DNA of 64,000 bases, from the IMG/VR virus record IMGVR_UViG_3300037245_001077, positions 96,001 through 160,000 of that record; one strand, given 5' to 3'. Made by a program: the position numbers and the translations under genes. Shown piece by piece: positions 57,072 through 64,000 of this stretch (position 1 is the stretch's first letter; each line of letters begins with the position of its first letter). The notes below the pieces were generated by a model. It was not told where the DNA came from. It searched no databases and saw only the letters and a list, made by a program, of their open reading frames with translations. Source of the DNA: a virus.

Positions 57072-58322
57072 ATGTCATTTCCGATTATTGGAACAACGTC
57101 TGTGTGGGAAAACTGGGCCGGGTTTGGTATTGGCTCTTGGAACATGTGGTTCATGGCCCCTTATGGGTCATGGATTTACGCGGGGTTTGTCAAGAACAAC
57201 ACCTCGTACTTCAAGAAGATCAATATCGGTACAGAAGATCCTAACTATGAAATTTCTGACTGGGACTTTGGTCTAGCGGTTAACCCCCCATCGGAGGTCT
57301 TCCCCTATGAACGGCATGAGGGGTACCCAAATGGGTCGATGGGTATGGGGTGTATCCGTGGGGATACTACAACCAAGCTTTACCTCGTTGGTAAATCTGC
57401 GGCAGATCCCTCAGAAGATGCCATCATCCACAGGTTCCTTACGGCTAGCAACTTTGCCCAAGAAGCCCCTGGAACAATTCCCCTAGAGGTAGGGGGTGGT
57501 TCTATAGTTAAGGTCAATCACATCTGCGGCATTGAAGTGGATCAAGGGAGTGCCTATTACCTTGTGCTCAACAACAACGATGCCAACGAGTTCCGGTTGT
57601 ACCGTTATGGTTATACTTGGGACGGTGGTAGTCATCAGCCTTCTCATGATGTGGATTTATCTACAAACTACATAGAAAATAACACGAATGCCCGTATTCG
57701 GGGAATGGCTACCGCAAGTGATGGTAACATTCTTGTCTTTGTGAACACAGGGATCTCGGCTACGAGCTGTAAGGTTATCAAGTTTGATAAGGATGACCTA
57801 AGCTATCTCGGGCAGACTGACTGGGCACCGAATGTTTCTACTGCTACTTGGGCGTATATGGTCAAATCTGCTGAGGTATTCCAGTGGTTCCAGGGGCTGG
57901 ATAGTAACAGTCTTTATGATTGGAAGACAGCAGTTTATTATGACCGAGCCACAGGTATTCCTGATGAGGACCGGAGCAACTTCATTATTGCAGAGAACTT
58001 AACAACGTTTGGGTCTGATGACGCGATTGAATTGAAGTATGAAGCCCGAGACGCTTTTAACATTGTGGTAACGGCTGTTAACGCTAAATTTGCCGTTAAC
58101 GGTGAGGACCAAAACGACCCAAGTAGTTGGAATGACCGGGTAGGAGGGATCCAAGACGGAGAATTTGATGACTTCTTCGATACGGATGGGGTGCCTCTCG
58201 CCATCCATGCAATCACTCCTACTGATGGTAATGGTGTTGCCACAGCTTGGTACAAGTCTATGAGAACTGGTTCCGGTACAGAAATTGACGCCATCGACGT
58301 GTTCTGCCCATCGGATAGCTAA
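57072..58322 (+). CDS. baseplate-associated beta-rich protein
   Basis: Position; repeated beta strands. Confidence 0.5.
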   Translation: MSFPIIGTTSVWENWAGFGIGSWNMWFMAPYGSWIYAGFVKNNTSYFKKINIGTEDPNYEISDWDFGLAVNPPSEVFPYERHEGYPNGSMGMGCIRGDTTTKLYLVGKSAADPSEDAIIHRFLTASNFAQEAPGTIPLEVGGGSIVKVNHICGIEVDQGSAYYLVLNNNDANEFRLYRYGYTWDGGSHQPSHDVDLSTNYIENNTNARIRGMATASDGNILVFVNTGISATSCKVIKFDKDDLSYLGQTDWAPNVSTATWAYMVKSAEVFQWFQGLDSNSLYDWKTAVYYDRATGIPDEDRSNFIIAENLTTFGSDDAIELKYEARDAFNIVVTAVNAKFAVNGEDQNDPSSWNDRVGGIQDGEFDDFFDTDGVPLAIHAITPTDGNGVATAWYKSMRTGSGTEIDAIDVFCPSDS

Positions 58323-61150
58323 TGTCTTGGTGGACTGTTCCTGATGTCCCCCCGGCTGAAGCCGTTGGAGTGATCTATATCATTGAGCCTCTCTTTGTGG
58401 GGCAAAATCTGGTATTTGTAGTTGCTCCTTCCTACTTCATGGGGCGGATTGCTATTATCCCTGCACAAGATATTGCTCGGGATAGTGGTGAAATAATGAT
58501 CCAAAAGATCACTCAAACCTACTTCCAAAACAACATCCAGAAGTACATTCCCTATGAGTACTGGCGCATGGATGCCAAGCCTATTGAGGAGGGCGGGAGT
58601 GATGGAGACATGGCAATCTTCACAGAAGTTTTTGCCATTACTATGGATGAGATTAAGCAAGCAATTGATGAGCTACCTTTGCTCTTCGATATTGATCATT
58701 GTCCTCCCCGGTATCTTCGGGTTATTGCTGAGCTTTTAAACTTCCCGTTGGAAGATGTGGACTCTACTGCGGAACAGCGTAGACAACTTAAAGATGCTGT
58801 CAACTGGTATCGCAGCAAAGGAAGTCGTAAGGCTTTCATTTCTATTTTGTATGCCTTTGGTTTCTATGTGACAATGGTTCCGCTTTGGACCGAGGACTAC
58901 TTAGCCTTCACGGATACCATCCCCGGTGTAGCTAAAGGGAATGACCCGCCAAACGATTATCCTCTACTCCTTGAAAATGGTGGTACGTGGTACCGTTCTC
59001 CTCACTACGGTATCTACCTACAAGCTATTGTTGAAGACAGACACGCTACGATTGAGTGGGGGAGCGTCCCAGAGAACCAAGTACCGATCACGAACGAAAT
59101 TGTAGACACTACCCCTGATGGTATAGAGACCAGTTTCGCTGGGTGGGTTACTCATTATCCTACTATTGCAGGAACCTTTACTGGTACTGCTTTCGTAAGC
59201 GGTTGGCCGGTAACAGATATTGTAGACAACGGTTCGGGTGTGCTGTCTGGTACAGACATTACAGGAACTATTGACTATGCCACCGGAGCTTGGACACTCG
59301 ATTTCACGACTGCACCTGCGGACGGCTCAGCTATTATCCTCGGTTATAACTTTGACTTTGCCGATTTAGTAGAAAACATTGGGTATCATCGTGCTTTCTA
59401 CCAAATGTTGGATGAGTTATCTGCTGCCGGTGTCGTGTTGAACTACCAGTTCGATACTGATACCTTCAACTACCTATACCGTAGGATAGAGTTCCTCCGT
59501 CCAGTCTTCGCTGTGCTTGAGTGGCTCGGTAAACTGATCCATATGCAGGAAGAGTATGTGGTCCCCGAAGGGGAAGAACCGATGATGACTGCCAACCCAG
59601 TTCGAGACGAGAAGGGTTGGTACTTGGGTTACTGCGACATGGATGATCTCCAGTATACCCGTTTAGATGCACGGTTATTGGGACCGAATATGCGTGGCTT
59701 GACTTCCCCACTTGGGGCAGGAGCACCTTCTGTTATAGACATAGAAGATGAAGTAGCTTACATAGTATCAGGTTCTCTCTCATTCATTTCAGGTACACTA
59801 ACTAATAGTTGGTTATTTTCTGGTGTAAATTTTACGGCCACTATTGGGGCTAGTTTAGTAGATATTACTGATATTTCTTACAAAGAAACAACTAATGAGG
59901 TTATTGACACCACAGCTAATGGGGTTAAAACTTCTTTTAGTGGGCAGTTAACACAAAGTCCGCTTTCTGTCCCTACAGATTTTAAGAGTGCGCCTGATTC
60001 GTTTGACACACATGCTTGTGATATTGATAGTCATACTAGGATTACGTTCACTACTGAACAAACGAAGTATTTTGACGTATATGGTCGGTATACAGATGCA
60101 ACTCATTATGGCTGGGGTGTTGGCTGTACAATGACTGGTACGCTTAGGGTTATCTGGAATGATGGGGGAGGGATTCATTCTTTATTTTCCGAGAATTCGG
60201 TTTTTTCTCATGATGTTGCTTACCAAGTTGACGTTGTTGTTGAAGGCGCGACCATAAAGGTTTACGTAGATGGCGTCTTGAAAACAACCAGGACACTTGT
60301 TTACAACGAGTCTGTCGCTCTTGGCGCAATCGCACATGATTATGTCACTAACGATATAGAACTCTTAACATACCCCTGTCCTGCCCCTGGAAGAATACTT
60401 GCTCTAACTTTCGATCTTGGAGCGGGGATGGAAGAAGTTACCATTGTTGATAATGGTATAGAATTTGTTGGTACAGATTCTTTGAGTAATGCTGTTACAG
60501 GAATTATTGATCATGTAGACGGAACTTGGTCATTAGATTTTATCTCCGTTCCAGTGGCTGATAGCCTTATCACAATGCGTTATACCTATGCGGTTACAGA
60601 AGGTGTGCTTAACGCAGAGGGTGTTATTGGAGTTATCGACTATCTTGATGGTAGTTGGTGGATGGATTTTGAAACAGGGTATGAACCTGACGATGCCACG
60701 GATGTTTTAGCGGATTACTCTTACTCTACAGAAATCCCACCCACAGATCGTTCAGGGGTGATGCCTAGGGGTTCAACGGAACTTCCGTTCCCGCATGTAC
60801 GCGACCCACAAGAGGGGTACTGTCACCCGCCCGAAGAGCTATGGATTGACTGGTACTGGATTCAACCAGAAGATTACCGGCTACCCCTTACCCGTGACGG
60901 GATGAATCTGTACCCGCCTGCGGGACCAGTACTTTACATCGATCACGCAGACTTTCCCTCTCGGGGGTTCACAAAGGCAGCGTCAGTTGCTGACCATGCC
61001 AACACGTTTACCCGAGAACTAGGCTATTCTGACCGCGCTCTCTCTTTATTAGAGGTGACACAGAATCCGCCTGCCAGTGCTGAAGATTGGCAGAACCAGG
61101 GTACCGCTTGGGAGAGCTGGACTGGGCCTTGGGAAAACATAGGAGATTAG
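58322..61150 (+). CDS. baseplate wedge protein (P2 gpI / gp7-like) with inserted beta modules
   Basis: LFDIDHCPPRYLRVIAELLNF..RRQLKDAVNWYRSKGS and IEFLRPV motifs. Confidence 0.8.
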   Translation: MSWWTVPDVPPAEAVGVIYIIEPLFVGQNLVFVVAPSYFMGRIAIIPAQDIARDSGEIMIQKITQTYFQNNIQKYIPYEYWRMDAKPIEEGGSDGDMAIFTEVFAITMDEIKQAIDELPLLFDIDHCPPRYLRVIAELLNFPLEDVDSTAEQRRQLKDAVNWYRSKGSRKAFISILYAFGFYVTMVPLWTEDYLAFTDTIPGVAKGNDPPNDYPLLLENGGTWYRSPHYGIYLQAIVEDRHATIEWGSVPENQVPITNEIVDTTPDGIETSFAGWVTHYPTIAGTFTGTAFVSGWPVTDIVDNGSGVLSGTDITGTIDYATGAWTLDFTTAPADGSAIILGYNFDFADLVENIGYHRAFYQMLDELSAAGVVLNYQFDTDTFNYLYRRIEFLRPVFAVLEWLGKLIHMQEEYVVPEGEEPMMTANPVRDEKGWYLGYCDMDDLQYTRLDARLLGPNMRGLTSPLGAGAPSVIDIEDEVAYIVSGSLSFISGTLTNSWLFSGVNFTATIGASLVDITDISYKETTNEVIDTTANGVKTSFSGQLTQSPLSVPTDFKSAPDSFDTHACDIDSHTRITFTTEQTKYFDVYGRYTDATHYGWGVGCTMTGTLRVIWNDGGGIHSLFSENSVFSHDVAYQVDVVVEGATIKVYVDGVLKTTRTLVYNESVALGAIAHDYVTNDIELLTYPCPAPGRILALTFDLGAGMEEVTIVDNGIEFVGTDSLSNAVTGIIDHVDGTWSLDFISVPVADSLITMRYTYAVTEGVLNAEGVIGVIDYLDGSWWMDFETGYEPDDATDVLADYSYSTEIPPTDRSGVMPRGSTELPFPHVRDPQEGYCHPPEELWIDWYWIQPEDYRLPLTRDGMNLYPPAGPVLYIDHADFPSRGFTKAASVADHANTFTRELGYSDRALSLLEVTQNPPASAEDWQNQGTAWESWTGPWENIGD

Positions 61151-61151
61151 T

Positions 61152-64000
61152 ATGGCCTTTACAGGAAAAGACCCAAAGGATACCTACCTTGCGCTGTTGA
61201 ACTTGGGGGATGCAAACGAAACATTACCCGCAACTACTCCAACAGAAACAGTGTTGGATGCTGCGGGCAATAGCTCCCTTCTTGGGCTGAGCCAGAACAC
61301 TATCGAGTTCATCGGTATCTTGTTAGCAGATGTGGCTAGTGGTATGGTGATAGACACGGGTATTGCCTTTGAAGCGGACGCGGTGTCGGTTGACTCAGTA
61401 CTTAACAAATCGGATAACACGGTCGGTGTCTTCTTCACTTCAGGTGATCCAGAAGGTTCGTTGACTGCGGGGGTTGGTTCATTAGCCCTTCGTGATGATG
61501 GTGTAGCTGGTGCTACTCTCTATGTTAAAGAGAGTGGAACAGGCAACACCGGTTGGGTAGCTTACGACTTTGTAACTAATTTCCTAGACCTCGGGGATAC
61601 TCCAGGTGCCTTTAGCGCAGACAAGTGGTTAAAGGTTGATGGTACTGGAAACTTCCTTGAGTGGTCCGATGCTCCACTAGGGGCCTTCACTGATCTTTCA
61701 GATACCCCTGACCCACTAGTTGCGGGTAAGTGGATGAAGGTGAATGCAGGCGGAACGGCTATCGAGTTTACTGATGACCCAACAGCAGCAGCAACAACTT
61801 TCATTAACCTCCCTGATACCCCAGCAAGTTATGTCTCGGGTAAGTGGTTACAGACCACAGGGAGTGAAATTGTTTTTGTTGACGCTCCCCCTATGACCTT
61901 TGATGATCTTACAGACACTAACATAACAGCCCTTGCTCAAGGTGAAATTTTATACTACGACGGAGCTGATTGGGTGAACTTAGGTGTGGGTGTTGATGGG
62001 TACGTCCTCTCCACACAAGGAGCAGCGGCTAATCCTACTTGGGTATCGATCACCAGTATCTCAACCTTTGTGGGTCTTGCAGACACACCGGGTACTTTTA
62101 CCGCAGACAAATGGCTAAAAGTAGATGGAACGGGCAATTTTATTGAGTGGGTTGACAACACTCTTCTTGCTCTTGAAGATGTCAATATAACCACTCCAGT
62201 TCAAGGTGAGATGTTCTTCTTTGATGGATCCGATTGGATTGCTCTACCTGTGGGTTCTGCCGGTCAATTTTTGACTACACAAGGAGCAGGAGCTAACCCA
62301 ACTTGGGGAGTAAGTACTTTTGACGGGTTAGATGATACGATCATGACTACTCCCGCACAGGGAGAGGTACTCTTCTTTGACGGAACAGACTGGATCAACC
62401 TTGGTGTAGGTACGGATGGGTATGTTTTAACCACCCATGGCGCGGCGGCTGACCCTGATTGGGCTGATGCTTCATCAGTAAGTACATTTGCTGGCCTTTC
62501 AGACACAATAATTACTACCCCCGCGCAGGGAGAGGTACTTTACTTCGACGGGTCTGACTGGCTTAACCTTGCAGTCGGTACAGATGGAGATTATTTAACC
62601 ACACATGGAGCGGCATCTAATCCTACTTGGACAACTCCTTCTTCGGGTGCTTTTGCAGATCTTACGGATACAGTTATCACCACTCCAGCACAAGGAGAAG
62701 TACTCTTCTTTGATGGTTCGGATTGGGTTAACTTAGCTGTAGGGGCAGATGGTTATTACCTAACCACTCATGGAGCAGCATCTGATCCTACTTGGGTAGC
62801 TCCCGGTACGGGAGGTACTCTTGCTGCCCTAGATGACACCAATATAACTGCTCCTGCTCATGGTGGAATACTCTACTTTGATGGTTCTGATTGGGTAGAT
62901 ATGTCCGTTGGCACCTCAGGTTACTTGCTTGCTACTCAAGGAAGTGGGGCTGCTCCTATTTGGGTTGTTCCTGGGGCTGGGTTAACTTTTGCGGCTCTTG
63001 ATGACACGGTTATGACTACTCCCGCACAAGGGGAAGTACTCTATTTTGACGGTACCGATTGGGTTAACCTTGGGGTTGGCACTAACGGGCACTTCTTAAC
63101 CACTCACGGTGCAGCTTCTAATCCTACTTGGTCCTCTGCTTCTGCTGGATCAACTTTTGCGGGGCTTAGTGACACAATTATTACCACCCCCGCACAAGGA
63201 GAGGTTCTCTTTTTTGACGGTAGTGATTGGGTTAATCTAGGTGTAGGAACAGAGGGGTATGTACTTACTACCCACGGTGCATCTTCTAATCCAACTTGGG
63301 TTGAGGGTGGTGGTGGAGGAAGTGATCTTACAGCTATCCACGACAATGTAGCAGATGAAATCACAGCTATCACCCCCAAAACCACACTGGATGATGCTGA
63401 TGAACTCTTGATCGAAGATAGTGGAGCGTCATTTGTCAAGAAAGCAGTAGCTTTATCGGATTTGAAAACTTATGCAGGTGGTGGTGGTGATTATCTACCC
63501 TTAGTTGGTGGTACTTTAACCGGCGATTTGCTTATAGATAAAACTCTTGCTGATCTTTCTTTTGAGGTTGGTGCTAGTGGAGAATTAACTTGGAGAATGC
63601 GGAGCACTACTGCCGATTTCGAACTTCGAGATATGGAAACATCTTATGGTGCATTTAAAGTACACGCTGGCGCAGGAGATAATCTTGCTATACTTTTTCA
63701 TATAAATCAGTACGGAGTAAGTGTAGGAACTCCTGTAACGTCGTCAGATGGTGGTGAACTTGTTTTTTATCTCGAAAAACAAGCTGGTGCAGATTTAACT
63801 ATGGCTGTGGAAGATGATGGTTCTTATGGTTTTTCGGACAAAGCAGGATCACGACATACAGCAATACATTTTAATAGTGGAGCTATGGCTTTTGGTGATG
63901 CAGCCGCTACAACACAAGTAAACGGTAGTGCTGGTAGACCTACATACAAACCAGGAGCCGGTTCCGCAGTAGATATAGCTCTACTCCTTTCTGGTACTGG
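61152..64000 (+). CDS. long tail fibre protein, open at the window end (>=949 aa; not in ORF track)
   Basis: AGGAG (61141) plus ATG 61152; MAFTGKDPKDTYL...; no stop found by hand translation to 64000; fibre repeats. Confidence 0.88.
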   Translation, partial: MAFTGKDPKDTYLALLNLGDANETLPATTPTETVLDAAGNSSLLGLSQNTIEFIGILLADVASGMVIDTGIAFEADAVSVDSVLNKSDNTVGVFFTSGDPEGSLTAGVGSLALRDDGVAGATLYVKESGTGNTGWVAYDFVTNFLDLGDTPGAFSADKWLKVDGTGNFLEWSDAPLGAFTDLSDTPDPLVAGKWMKVNAGGTAIEFTDDPTAAATTFINLPDTPASYVSGKWLQTTGSEIVFVDAPPMTFDDLTDTNITALAQGEILYYDGADWVNLGVGVDGYVLSTQGAAANPTWVSITSISTFVGLADTPGTFTADKWLKVDGTGNFIEWVDNTLLALEDVNITTPVQGEMFFFDGSDWIALPVGSAGQFLTTQGAGANPTWGVSTFDGLDDTIMTTPAQGEVLFFDGTDWINLGVGTDGYVLTTHGAAADPDWADASSVSTFAGLSDTIITTPAQGEVLYFDGSDWLNLAVGTDGDYLTTHGAASNPTWTTPSSGAFADLTDTVITTPAQGEVLFFDGSDWVNLAVGADGYYLTTHGAASDPTWVAPGTGGTLAALDDTNITAPAHGGILYFDGSDWVDMSVGTSGYLLATQGSGAAPIWVVPGAGLTFAALDDTVMTTPAQGEVLYFDGTDWVNLGVGTNGHFLTTHGAASNPTWSSASAGSTFAGLSDTIITTPAQGEVLFFDGSDWVNLGVGTEGYVLTTHGASSNPTWVEGGGGGSDLTAIHDNVADEITAITPKTTLDDADELLIEDSGASFVKKAVALSDLKTYAGGGGDYLPLVGGTLTGDLLIDKTLADLSFEVGASGELTWRMRSTTADFELRDMETSYGAFKVHAGAGDNLAILFHINQYGVSVGTPVTSSDGGELVFYLEKQAGADLTMAVEDDGSYGFSDKAGSRHTAIHFNSGAMAFGDAAATTQVNGSAGRPTYKPGAGSAVDIALLLSGT
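61890..63305 (+). repeat. eight copies of a ~50-56-aa fibre repeat
   Basis: F..L.DT.ITTPAQGEVL(Y/F)FDG(S/T)DW.NL.VG.DG..LTTHGAA.NPTW; the last six copies are spaced about 165-171 bp apart. Confidence 0.9.

Noticed and set aside
38120-61150. Extracellular contractile injection system, tailocin or T6SS
   Set aside because: Terminase, portal, protease and capsid genes are present, so this is a phage
1061-63439. Numerous minus-strand and short alternate-frame ORFs in the track
   Set aside because: They shadow well-supported + strand genes and show no recognisable motifs; only the 43074-frame ORF was kept
1-64000. Stop-codon reassignment
   Set aside because: Conserved genes are full length in code 11, and TAA, TAG and TGA all occur at gene ends

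Overview
This is the morphogenesis region of a large contractile-tailed (myovirus-like) dsDNA phage built from T4-family structural proteins. All credible genes are on the + strand, use the standard code and are densely packed. From left to right: a cluster of modular fibre/adaptor genes (1-8.7 kb); a sigma70-type promoter driving a phage sigma-like gene, a rod-shaped structured RNA and a Mor-like ORF (8.8-10 kb); terminase, portal and an HU-like gene; about 15 kb of mostly very basic uncharacterised proteins; prohead protease-scaffold and major capsid protein; neck/tail-completion genes, sheath, tube, a probable frameshifted tail chaperone and tape measure; baseplate/spike genes; and a long repetitive fibre gene running off the right end, which the ORF track misses. 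Three candidates for new biology stand out. (1) A late-transcription switch: the sigma-like gene, a ~126-nt rod RNA, a Mor-like fragment and a recurring TTTATT motif upstream of late genes. (2) A large set of protamine/histone-like or membrane-helix-bearing basic proteins with short acidic L-x-E leaders resembling T4 capsid-targeting sequences, suggesting a packaged DNA-condensing/ejection core. (3) An unusual spike assembly: gp5 OB-fold, a 1351-aa tapering beta-solenoid, a degenerate PAAR protein and a catalytically dead papain-fold protein. All assignments come from motif recognition and hand alignment by eye; no searches or folding programs were run.
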